Positions 17,463-26,185 of a stretch of 64,000 bases of DNA are shown here, one piece after another. Position 1 is the first letter of the stretch; every line of letters begins with the position of its first letter. This DNA comes from Patescibacteria group bacterium (GTDB lineage Bacteria; Patescibacteriota; UBA1384; 2-12-FULL-50-11), in the NCBI GenBank assembly GCA_038058635.1, contig JBBUAP010000001.1, positions 94,157 to 158,156 of the forward strand, written 5' to 3'. The position numbers were made by a program, and so were the translations under genes. The notes below the pieces were generated by a model. The model was not told the origin of the DNA, did not search any database, and saw nothing but the letters and a program-made list of their open reading frames with translations.

Positions 17463-18488
17463 ATGATTGGGGCGCTAACGCTGGAGAATTTTCGGAACTT
17501 TACAGGTAGGGACCTGTCCTTTACCGAGAAAACTGTTATTACCGGGAATAATGGGGCCGGCAAAAGCACGGTTCTTGAAGCAATCCGGATTCTGTCGGTA
17601 GGTAAAAGTTTTCGCACTAGCCGGACGGAAGAAGTAATTCGGTTTGACAACCAATACTGTCGCCTAATCGCTCAAATTCAAACCAATCAAGAGCTGGAGA
17701 TGTTTTACGGCAGTCAGTTTGAGTCAGACACTCAAAAAGAAAGACGACTAACCTATCAAGGTAGTGTTGTTAGCTGGACGGAGTTTCTGGGAGTTTTCCC
17801 AACAGTGCTGTTTACACCTAACGATTTAGAGGTGGTTTTGGGTGGCCCCGATGTTCGGCGGAAGTATTTAGACTCGGTTTTATGGCAGGTTAGTGCCGAG
17901 TATCGTCGGAGCCAGCTGGAGTTCTGGCAAGTTTTACGGGAGCGCTCGGCCCTACTTTTTATGGTCAAGATCAATCGGGCTAGTCCCGACGAGCTTCAGC
18001 CCTGGAACGAGTTGTTGGTTAAGCTAACTGATTCGATCCGAACAGCAAGAATTGGCTATATCGATTATCTGAACGGATGGCTAGAAGCTAGTAGCCAGTT
18101 GCCAGTAGCTACGCTCCGCGTCAAATACCAAAGCGATAAGAAGTTGTTAGCAGAATTCATGCCGCAGGAAATTAAAACCGCTCAAAATCTATTTGGCGCT
18201 CATCGCGACGAGTTGGTAATTAATTATGACGATTTCTCGGCCCGCCGCTTTGCCTCAAGAGGTCAGTCGCGCTTGACGGTTGCTCATCTCAAAGCCGCTG
18301 AAGCCGATTACTTGCGAGAGAAAACTGGTAACCCCGTAACGGTCTTGCTGGATGACGCCATGAGCGAGCTGGACAGTAAGAATACCCTCCGACTACTCGA
18401 ACTATTTAGTGACGCGCACCAACTTATTCTCACCTCCGCCGAAACACTTGACCTACCGAAGGAGTGGTCGACAATAAAACTTAATTGA
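17463..18488 (+). CDS. recF: DNA replication/repair protein RecF
   Basis: LENFRN, GNNGAGKST, GAHRDEL, ASRGQSR, LLDDAMSELD. Confidence 0.95.
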   Translation: MIGALTLENFRNFTGRDLSFTEKTVITGNNGAGKSTVLEAIRILSVGKSFRTSRTEEVIRFDNQYCRLIAQIQTNQELEMFYGSQFESDTQKERRLTYQGSVVSWTEFLGVFPTVLFTPNDLEVVLGGPDVRRKYLDSVLWQVSAEYRRSQLEFWQVLRERSALLFMVKINRASPDELQPWNELLVKLTDSIRTARIGYIDYLNGWLEASSQLPVATLRVKYQSDKKLLAEFMPQEIKTAQNLFGAHRDELVINYDDFSARRFASRGQSRLTVAHLKAAEADYLREKTGNPVTVLLDDAMSELDSKNTLRLLELFSDAHQLILTSAETLDLPKEWSTIKLN

Positions 18489-18489
18489 T

Positions 18490-18617
18490 AAATCCCAATA
18501 ACCAAAATCCCAAAAGCCAAACAAACTACAATGACCAAAATACAAAACAGTTTCGAAAGTTTGAATATTGTAATTTTTAATTTGTTTGGGATTTGGTCTA
18601 TTGGGATTTGGGTTTTG
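18490..18617. repeat. imperfect long palindrome built of ~7-mer repeats
   Basis: AAATCCCAA/CCAAA repeats mirrored by TTTGG/TTGGGATTT repeats. Confidence 0.65.
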
Positions 18618-18624
18618 TCTTAAA

Positions 18625-18903
18625 ATGTCTTTAGAATCCCTTTCTAGTTTTATCCGACAACCGAACAAAGAAAATAGTTTTCATAAGATTTATCGGGCCC
18701 ATTTATTGCAAGAAAAGATGGTTGAGCTACTGGGAGCGGGGGTGACAGTGACAATTAAGGGCACAAATGTCCGCCTCTGGTGTGCCAGCGAACAGTTGGC
18801 CGTCCTGGCTCGACTCAAAAAAACCCGCCTGCTGGCTCAATGTCACCAAACCCTCGGCCAAGCCGACATCAAACTGTCAATAAGAGTTAAGCCCACTCGC
18901 TAG
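18625..18903 (+). CDS. DciA/DUF721-like small basic protein
   Basis: Position right after recF, ~92 aa basic protein; assignment mainly by synteny. Confidence 0.5.
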   Translation: MSLESLSSFIRQPNKENSFHKIYRAHLLQEKMVELLGAGVTVTIKGTNVRLWCASEQLAVLARLKKTRLLAQCHQTLGQADIKLSIRVKPTR

Positions 18904-18925
18904 GATCGTCGTCAGGCTCGCTGGG

Positions 18926-19513
18926 CTAGAATACTTCGCCACTCTCTTCAATTGGAATAGTATCCGGAACTTTCTTGCTCCTTAACCAAGTCTTAATTGC
19001 GTCGAGAATGAAATCATGCTCTGCCTTGACGCTGGCTGGATCGTCCGGCGAAGAGAAGCGATAGTTTATCGTAGCGACTATTTTGACAATTTGTTTACCT
19101 TCAGCTGTATCGCCGACCTCGGCCCGTAAGCGATAATCACCATTTTGATACGGGAATAAAGAGAGATAAGGAACTTCCTGACTATTGTCGACGCTAGACT
19201 GGAGTCTTAAGCTGACGATCAAAATAGTTTTCTCCCCGTTCTTAAGATTAACTTCCTTAACAAGGCGTTCAGAATCTAAGCCCCAAACGGTAATATTTTG
19301 TTTTCCAGGACGAGTAATGATGGTAGAGGGTAACGGGTGAACGGTTTGATCTTTTTCTTTGCCCAGAGTTGCGACGACCTCTCTAGTAACCTCACTGGCT
19401 GGATCAAGCTTAATCTCTAGAGATGCTGTCCCTGAGGATGAATAAATAATAAAGCCAATTATTCCCAATAATATTACCACCGCTACGACTATAATGATTC
19501 GTCGCCTATTCAT
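18926..19513 (-). CDS. membrane-anchored protein, possible PEGA-like beta domain
   Basis: MNRRR + TM; PGKQNITV...VKEVNL..GE..IL.V.L; last gene of secretion-like operon. Confidence 0.6.
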   Translation of the reverse strand: MNRRRIIIVVAVVILLGIIGFIIYSSSGTASLEIKLDPASEVTREVVATLGKEKDQTVHPLPSTIITRPGKQNITVWGLDSERLVKEVNLKNGEKTILIVSLRLQSSVDNSQEVPYLSLFPYQNGDYRLRAEVGDTAEGKQIVKIVATINYRFSSPDDPASVKAEHDFILDAIKTWLRSKKVPDTIPIEESGEVF

Positions 19514-19517
19514 AGCT

Positions 19518-20234
19518 TCATTTTACAGTATTGACCGCCTCTGAAGCTGAACCGGTTTCGCAAGTTACTTGGTCTGGGACTAGAAGCTTAATAACATCGA
19601 GGCGCTTGTAGTACGGATTACCGTAGTTTGTATGCTTGTAGTTTCTATCCCAGCGTTGACCGCTCTCGTTGTACTGAATCGTCATTGCTTCGGCGTAGTG
19701 GTAAAACAATCGGGTGATAACATTTGCCCCCTTCGGAGTTGTGTAAGCTCCCTTGACGGCAATAGCGTTTTCTAGCGGACGCCAAACGTTAGCTAATTGG
19801 TATGGCCAGCCGCCGGCCTTGGCCGCCGCCGTTCTCCCGCTACTATAATGCTCGTACCCAAAAGCATCGTCTGGATTACCAAACTCTTGCTCACCCCACC
19901 ACACACCAATTATGACAGCTGGATTAAGGCCCCGTTTTTGCCCTTCGGTTAGAATATCTAAAATATTTGACTTGACTCTAGCAGCCCGAGGACCATACCT
20001 GGAGTTCTTGACTAGGGTAGCAATTACTTTTTCGGGATCGTCGGCAATCGAGGTGTCGGTAAAATACTTGTCTTCCAAATAGCAGCCAGTACCGTAACTG
20101 GGACCACTGGCGCCTGTTGGCTTATCGAGTTTTGGTAATTGGCCGAAGACGGCGTAGTAGACTATCGCAAACGAGAAGAAAATTAACGCTAGGATGGCAA
20201 TGATGATGGCGATAACCGCATTGCCATTACGCAT
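19518..20234 (-). CDS. membrane-anchored putative lysozyme-like (muramidase/transglycosylase) protein
   Basis: N-terminal TM; GLNPAVIIGVWWGEQEFG resembles the SLT/lysozyme catalytic-Glu motif; ATG overlaps upstream stop. Confidence 0.55.
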   Translation of the reverse strand: MRNGNAVIAIIIAILALIFFSFAIVYYAVFGQLPKLDKPTGASGPSYGTGCYLEDKYFTDTSIADDPEKVIATLVKNSRYGPRAARVKSNILDILTEGQKRGLNPAVIIGVWWGEQEFGNPDDAFGYEHYSSGRTAAAKAGGWPYQLANVWRPLENAIAVKGAYTTPKGANVITRLFYHYAEAMTIQYNESGQRWDRNYKHTNYGNPYYKRLDVIKLLVPDQVTCETGSASEAVNTVK

Positions 20235-23200
20235 TAGAAGATTCCTCCAAAACCAACATGAACCCAATCGGTCGTTTTGGTGGACTTTTGGGAGAAACCG
20301 AGGCCGATTGTGTCGCTGTCAAGAGACCAGTCGCCGAAGGCGTCAACCATTCTGGGCTCGAAGAACTCGGCATTGGCCTGACGGTAGGTCAGCACCTGGA
20401 GCGGTTTGAAAGGCGATTCTCTCTGTTCGCCGTAAGCAAGCGTGGCATCGAGGAGTTTGCCGACATAGTAGCGCGACCAACCCATCCAGATTTTTTGGTT
20501 GTCGCCTTTGGTGAACGGTTGGGTGTCATCCCAATCGAACGGGTTTTGCCCGGGGCTGGGCGAACTCCGAATTTGGCTGATATCAGCCGGCAACTGATCG
20601 TATGGGACACCAAAATCAAACTGATCAGCGGCTGAGTCATATTCGCTGACACCGTAAAGCTCCTGCGGTGGCATTGGGCAGAGATACTCAACCTTATAGA
20701 CCCCAAACATGTAGATGGCGACGGCGATGTAGATACCGGTCGGGCCAAGCCCCAGGGCGTTGGCAATAAATCCTGTCACTAAAGCCTGCACGGTTCCGGG
20801 AGGGGCGGCGATCGCTTCGTCGGCCGAACCGAAAAACGCTTGACACTCCTTACAGGCACTTAACCCGAGCTCTATGGCAAACATAATCAATGCTGCCCGA
20901 GCGGCCGAAACATTGCTTCTAGCGTTAGTGACGGATAGCGCCCCTTCTTTACCAGCCTTGGCCGCAGTTAAAGCTTTCTGGGCGCCGGAGATGGTGGTGT
21001 AGAGTTTGTAGGCCTGATAAACCTTACCGGCCGGTAAGCCAAACTTTTTGTCACCCCACGAGCTTAAGCGGCTAATCAGAAAATCTTTACCTAAGTTGTC
21101 CAGCGACTCGACAAGAGTAATCTTTCCGGTCGCATCTTTCAGGTCTTTGGCAGTATTCCAGTTATTAACAGCCGCAAAGTAAAGCGATTTAGCTAGACCG
21201 CTCGGCAAACTACCGATATTGAGATTATCGTCTAACCAGTTGTCGAAGAAGCCCCACATCGCTCCGTATTTGTCGTTATTAGTAAAGAAGTCGCCCTGAC
21301 CCCGAGTCCGAGCGAATTGGTAGAAGCTACTGACAAAGGCGGTTGAGAATGATCCAAACGAGACACCCGACTGGCCAATGAGATTGAGAACAATTCGATC
21401 GGTTGTGGCTGGATCGATCTCACCTTCGTAGAGGGCTTTGAGCATGCCAGGCACATACAGCGGCGACAGTCGAACTAGCTCGGTATCGAGTTTGCCGAAA
21501 GCAAAATTCTGCAAGAGGGCACCGCGTTCGGCGGTCGTACCACTAAACATTGTTCGCGAAAACCCAACCGGAATAGACGAGTCGATCTTGCGCAGGAGCG
21601 AGTCGGACATGCGATACTCAATATTCTTCTGGGCCTCTTCCATTAGCTGTCCTCGGGCCTCTTTGTAGTCGGCAGCTGCCTGCTCTTCCGACTCACTGCT
21701 TATTACCCCAGCTTCGGCGTTATTCTCCGCTATCCTAGCGTAGATAACATCAGGGTTATCCATAATCAAGGCCCTCCTCATCTCGGCGTAAGTAAATTGG
21801 TCATTGGCCGGCATGAACTGGTTTATTTGCGGCAAAAGGGCAGCAAATGAAGTAGCGGCGATCGCTAGCCGCCAATCCCCAGTAATAAAGGCCTCGGCAT
21901 CGGTCCGAAACTCGATCGGGATACCGGTGGCCCGCAAGAAAAAGTCGCCAACACCATTCGAGACCCGGACATAGCTTTGCAGATTAGGGTCTGTTTCTAG
22001 CCGTTGTAGTTGGTATTTTTGTTCGGCAGTTAGTTTGTCTGGGCTAATAAGTTTTAACCGAGCGTACTCTTGGCGTTGGCGCTCTAACAGTTCCTGTTCC
22101 TCGGTCGTGCCAGTACGATTGTAGAGACCCTTAACTTGCTCGGCCAAGCGTTCAAAATCTTCAAAGTTATAGCCGTCCAAATTGACACCGATTGATTGTC
22201 CGACCATGCGCAGACCCTGATCGAGGAGCAAGTTAGCGCCGGTGCCAGTGCCGGGAGCAATAATATATTGCAGGAAAGAATCTTTACTAAAGTTGGCCTT
22301 GCCGTCAACCGACCGACCCATTAAGCGGTTGATTACCGCGACACCGGTTTCAATCTCCTCTAGTGTTTGATCGTCACCGCCCTTAATTACCTTAATCAAG
22401 GCATTAATTTCGGTGGAACTAAGCTTGAACTGGTCGCTAATGCCAAAATAGTCATAGATTTTATCGGCCGTAAAACCTTCGAGTGAACCTTGAGTGGCCT
22501 TGGTTGCTAGTTGTTTGGTACTAATTTTGTCCTGGAGATAAGAGGCAACGGTGCCAATTGGTGTCCCGAGGGCGATATCGAGCGACCGCCAACCAGTAGT
22601 ATTGGTCTCATCTGCCCAGAAAGTTTCATCACCCATCAACTCGGTTAATGTTTGGCTACTGTTGAGGTGGAAAATTCGATAACCCTGGCTCGGGTCGATC
22701 CCGTTGGCGCCGTAAAAGAGAGTTCGGGCCGAATCATTAGCCCGTAGTTTTTCTTGTGAAATGCCGAGTCGTTCGGCCAAAACGGCGTAGCCGTAGTTTT
22801 CTGGAATATTGCCTTTAAGCGAGACATTTTGATCTTTCAGTCCCAAGGTGGTACTGACATAGTTGGCGAAGATCTCCTGGGTGGCGTCGGCCAGCTTTTT
22901 ATCGCCGTTGATCACAGCAAAAGTACTGCCGGCGTTCCAACCGAAGGCCTTGTCCACCTGGACGCCGCCTAATTTCTCGGCCAGAATTAGGTTTTTGCCG
23001 TCAAATAAGCTCGATAAATCGGCGGGGATAATTTGGGAAGAGGGGTCCTTGATACTGTATTCCTTATTGATAAAAGCGGCGATCTCAGGGCCGTGTTTGT
23101 TAACGAAACTCTTGATATCAACCTTGCCCTTGCTCAGGTTATTGTCGTCAACGCCGATCTGGACGCCCATTGTCGAGGCGCCAACAGTATTAGTAACATC

Positions 23201-24775
23201 GCCAAGCTTAACTTCCTTTTTAGGGTTAAGGAGGTCGTCTAATATCGGCTTGGTTAAGCCGGAATACTTACCTTTCACAGCTTTCTTGGCAGCTTCCCGA
23301 ACCATCGCCAGCCCGAAAGTCTTTAAAGAATCTTGGGACTCCTTCTGCTTCTTGGGGTCGGCTGAGAACATATTCTTCAAATCTTCGGTGCCGATGGTGT
23401 TGCCGGTCGGGGCGCCGTCGAGCTTAACTTCGCTCGGAGTCTTCTTCTCGGTAACGGCTTTCTCAAGCAGGGCCTTTTGGTCGCTCGGCAACTTGAGGGC
23501 GTCGGAAAGAACATTCACCCCAGCCATCTTCAGACCCTTGGCGTCTTTCTTCTTCAAGGTATCAACGGTGCCGATCATTAAGTTCAAGCCATCGTCCGAG
23601 CGGCCGAATTTGTCTAAAACGGCTCTGATCGTCTCACTATTCATTGCGTCGTCGAGGGTGTGCTTGTCGAAGTAGCCGTTGGGAATGCCGAGCGATGTTT
23701 CCAGGTGTCGCTTGCCGGTCGCCTCTAAGATGTTGTCCCAGCCGTAGCCCCGCAAACTACCAGCGGGAAGATTCAATCCTTGCTCAACCCGACTCTTGGC
23801 GAAAGCGACTCGGGCGTCCTCATCGTAGTCGCCGGTGGCAATGCCCGTTGGCAAGCCCGGTAGCGATCGTTCCAGGACGGCGCCGCCGAGGGTGTGAAGT
23901 AGGCCGTCGGCCAACGGGTCGCTCAAGACTTGGTTGACGCCGAAGGTTTTTAAGTAAATATTAGCGCCGACATAGCTGACGATAGTTTTTAGGTCCATCC
24001 CTTTGACATACTCGATGTAATAATCCATCTCCCCCGATTGATTTAGGTAAGCGGCAATACTTTGAGCGCCCATTTCGCCGGAAGCGCCCAAAATACTCTG
24101 GGCAGTCGGGGTGGGATTACTCTTAACACCCTCGACGCTCTGCCAAGCGACTTTGACTGGCATGGGCTTTTGCCACCGAGTTGTGGAGCCGCCGATGTGG
24201 CGTTTCTCGACCAACTTACAGACAACTGAACCAACCTCCGAAATATCGAGAGCCTGGCCGCGGTTATGGCCGGAAACAATATCACCTTCGTCAGTAATCG
24301 CCTGGGTGCCCTCACGGTCGAACCTACCAGCGCCTTCAGAAGTGTAGTTTTTCAAAATCCGATTGACTTTAATATGATCAAAACCGTAGCCGCCTTGCTC
24401 AACCGGTAAGACTAGCTGTAGCAGGTAATCAGTCGTTCGAATATCGACCTTACCATCTTTGAGTTGATTTATATCGTCGGGAGAAATCTCCAAATTGCCT
24501 TCGATTTCATTGATAGCTTGCAGGTCGTAAGTACTCTGAACCTGGAATTGGCCTGGCTCAGCAGTTGGTTCATCGGGTGAAATCCAGTCAGAAGGGTAAT
24601 AATCCGTTTCTGGATAGGTTGCTACATCAACCTCTGTCAAATCTTCCTCTTGCTTATCTGTTTGGGCATAAGCACGGGGTAGAGGCCCCATGCTGAAACC
24701 GGCGGCCACCATCGGTTGGAGAATAATTATCATGGTAGAGAGAAGGATCTTTAGTCTAAATCCGGGGCTTCTCAT
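20234..24775 (-). CDS. giant exported protein, putative split M15/LAS-like peptidase with repeat-rich insertion
   Basis: Signal-like N-terminus; SGHNRGQALDI near the N-terminus; KPLQVLT...DWVHVGF at the C-terminus. Confidence 0.6.
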   Translation of the reverse strand: MRSPGFRLKILLSTMIIILQPMVAAGFSMGPLPRAYAQTDKQEEDLTEVDVATYPETDYYPSDWISPDEPTAEPGQFQVQSTYDLQAINEIEGNLEISPDDINQLKDGKVDIRTTDYLLQLVLPVEQGGYGFDHIKVNRILKNYTSEGAGRFDREGTQAITDEGDIVSGHNRGQALDISEVGSVVCKLVEKRHIGGSTTRWQKPMPVKVAWQSVEGVKSNPTPTAQSILGASGEMGAQSIAAYLNQSGEMDYYIEYVKGMDLKTIVSYVGANIYLKTFGVNQVLSDPLADGLLHTLGGAVLERSLPGLPTGIATGDYDEDARVAFAKSRVEQGLNLPAGSLRGYGWDNILEATGKRHLETSLGIPNGYFDKHTLDDAMNSETIRAVLDKFGRSDDGLNLMIGTVDTLKKKDAKGLKMAGVNVLSDALKLPSDQKALLEKAVTEKKTPSEVKLDGAPTGNTIGTEDLKNMFSADPKKQKESQDSLKTFGLAMVREAAKKAVKGKYSGLTKPILDDLLNPKKEVKLGDVTNTVGASTMGVQIGVDDNNLSKGKVDIKSFVNKHGPEIAAFINKEYSIKDPSSQIIPADLSSLFDGKNLILAEKLGGVQVDKAFGWNAGSTFAVINGDKKLADATQEIFANYVSTTLGLKDQNVSLKGNIPENYGYAVLAERLGISQEKLRANDSARTLFYGANGIDPSQGYRIFHLNSSQTLTELMGDETFWADETNTTGWRSLDIALGTPIGTVASYLQDKISTKQLATKATQGSLEGFTADKIYDYFGISDQFKLSSTEINALIKVIKGGDDQTLEEIETGVAVINRLMGRSVDGKANFSKDSFLQYIIAPGTGTGANLLLDQGLRMVGQSIGVNLDGYNFEDFERLAEQVKGLYNRTGTTEEQELLERQRQEYARLKLISPDKLTAEQKYQLQRLETDPNLQSYVRVSNGVGDFFLRATGIPIEFRTDAEAFITGDWRLAIAATSFAALLPQINQFMPANDQFTYAEMRRALIMDNPDVIYARIAENNAEAGVISSESEEQAAADYKEARGQLMEEAQKNIEYRMSDSLLRKIDSSIPVGFSRTMFSGTTAERGALLQNFAFGKLDTELVRLSPLYVPGMLKALYEGEIDPATTDRIVLNLIGQSGVSFGSFSTAFVSSFYQFARTRGQGDFFTNNDKYGAMWGFFDNWLDDNLNIGSLPSGLAKSLYFAAVNNWNTAKDLKDATGKITLVESLDNLGKDFLISRLSSWGDKKFGLPAGKVYQAYKLYTTISGAQKALTAAKAGKEGALSVTNARSNVSAARAALIMFAIELGLSACKECQAFFGSADEAIAAPPGTVQALVTGFIANALGLGPTGIYIAVAIYMFGVYKVEYLCPMPPQELYGVSEYDSAADQFDFGVPYDQLPADISQIRSSPSPGQNPFDWDDTQPFTKGDNQKIWMGWSRYYVGKLLDATLAYGEQRESPFKPLQVLTYRQANAEFFEPRMVDAFGDWSLDSDTIGLGFSQKSTKTTDWVHVGFGGIF

Positions 24776-26106
24776 AAGTCACTTCCATATCTTTTGGCAC
24801 CATTGAAGACAATACAACTACTTCGGCTTGCAGCCCCCCGCCTTCTTATTTGTGGCGGTGGAGTTCCGTCCTTCCCACCGGAGCTATTATCAATTGCTTC
24901 ATCTCCTCCGATGTAAAATCCGATATGATCAAATAGAACCGAACCTCCCTTAGAGCAGCTACCGTCCCCCCAGAATATAATATCACCAACCTGAAGCTTG
25001 CTCTTATTCTGGTTGTAGTAACCGGCACTTTTAATGTCCGGACGACTAACAACTATCTTATAAAATGGTCGTCTCCAAATGCCATCAACACCGGCTTCGA
25101 TTGGATTAGGTATGCCTGCGTTCTGCAAGACCGTTGAAACGAAAGAGGCGCAGGCAACTCGACCGCCGGCCTTAGTGATGGTACAAAAATTACCACTTGC
25201 CTGACCGACTTGATCTTTGGCCTCTTTGGCGATCCATTCTCCAAACGGTAAAGTTGAGTCCAGCGCTTGAATTTTACTTATCGCCTCCCCAAGCTGTTTC
25301 TTTTTCGCTTCTCCGGATAAGTTGATCCCCGATTCGATGGTTAATAGAATCTCCTTAACTTTTAACCTGACTTCCGCGACCCGTTCGGGTTTTGTTGCCC
25401 CAACATTTTTAAGCACAAAGTCATAACGCTCTTTCTCGGTCGCCAAAACTTTTTCGGTAACTTTCCGTCCCGAAAGGACGAAATCTCCTCCAATTGATGC
25501 CACCAGAGTTGTCTGATCGGTCTGCGCTTGAGTAGTCGGATACTGCGGGCTGCCCTTACCGCCGAGCAAGCCAAGAGGGATGGCGATGAGTAATAGTAGT
25601 CCGGCGATGATACACACAATCCAAGTCCAGAACTTTTTGTTAGTCAGCAACTTTTTAATATCTAATGCGATTAGAACTTCGCCTAAAATCGGAATTAGCC
25701 GGGCACCGAGCTTGCCACCGACCTTCAAACCGGCCCTTCCTACATCTTCGGCAAGTTCTTTCCCGACACCTTTGGCAACTGGCTGGCCGGCACCACTAAG
25801 AGGGGGAACTTTCTTGAGATTTTTAGCCCCTTCGATACCCGGCTCTATCATCCCGGCCTTATCGGCACTGCGGGCGCCGAGTTTTCCTTTGACCTTACCG
25901 TAAGTCCCTTTAGCGTTATCGAACTGACTTTTTAGGCCTCGCCTCCGACCGATGACATTTTGCTGCGGAGCTCCCTGTTGGTCATCTGGCAGCCCGGGTT
26001 CGGTCGGCGGTCCGTCGTAACCCAAATCGCTTAACAGGTCGCGATCGGGATCAAACCCGTCTGGTTGGACCTCTGGTAATTGCTCTGGATAAAGTACTTC
26101 TGGCAT
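24772..26106 (-). CDS. membrane protein with C-terminal NlpC/P60-CHAP-like amidase
   Basis: CASFVSTVL, LQVGDIIFW, DHIGFYIG; central TM. Confidence 0.75.
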   Translation of the reverse strand: MPEVLYPEQLPEVQPDGFDPDRDLLSDLGYDGPPTEPGLPDDQQGAPQQNVIGRRRGLKSQFDNAKGTYGKVKGKLGARSADKAGMIEPGIEGAKNLKKVPPLSGAGQPVAKGVGKELAEDVGRAGLKVGGKLGARLIPILGEVLIALDIKKLLTNKKFWTWIVCIIAGLLLLIAIPLGLLGGKGSPQYPTTQAQTDQTTLVASIGGDFVLSGRKVTEKVLATEKERYDFVLKNVGATKPERVAEVRLKVKEILLTIESGINLSGEAKKKQLGEAISKIQALDSTLPFGEWIAKEAKDQVGQASGNFCTITKAGGRVACASFVSTVLQNAGIPNPIEAGVDGIWRRPFYKIVVSRPDIKSAGYYNQNKSKLQVGDIIFWGDGSCSKGGSVLFDHIGFYIGGDEAIDNSSGGKDGTPPPQIRRRGAASRSSCIVFNGAKRYGSDL

Positions 26107-26185
26107 TTATTTAGTAATTTTGTAACTTCGAGTGAAGTGAGAAGCGAGTGTTAGTGACATTCAGTAATTTCGTAATTTTTCTCCA

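Noticed and set aside
22863-23675. 270-aa + strand ORF and other antisense or overlapping ORFs in the track
   Set aside because: Shadow frames of long genes with no motifs or start signals
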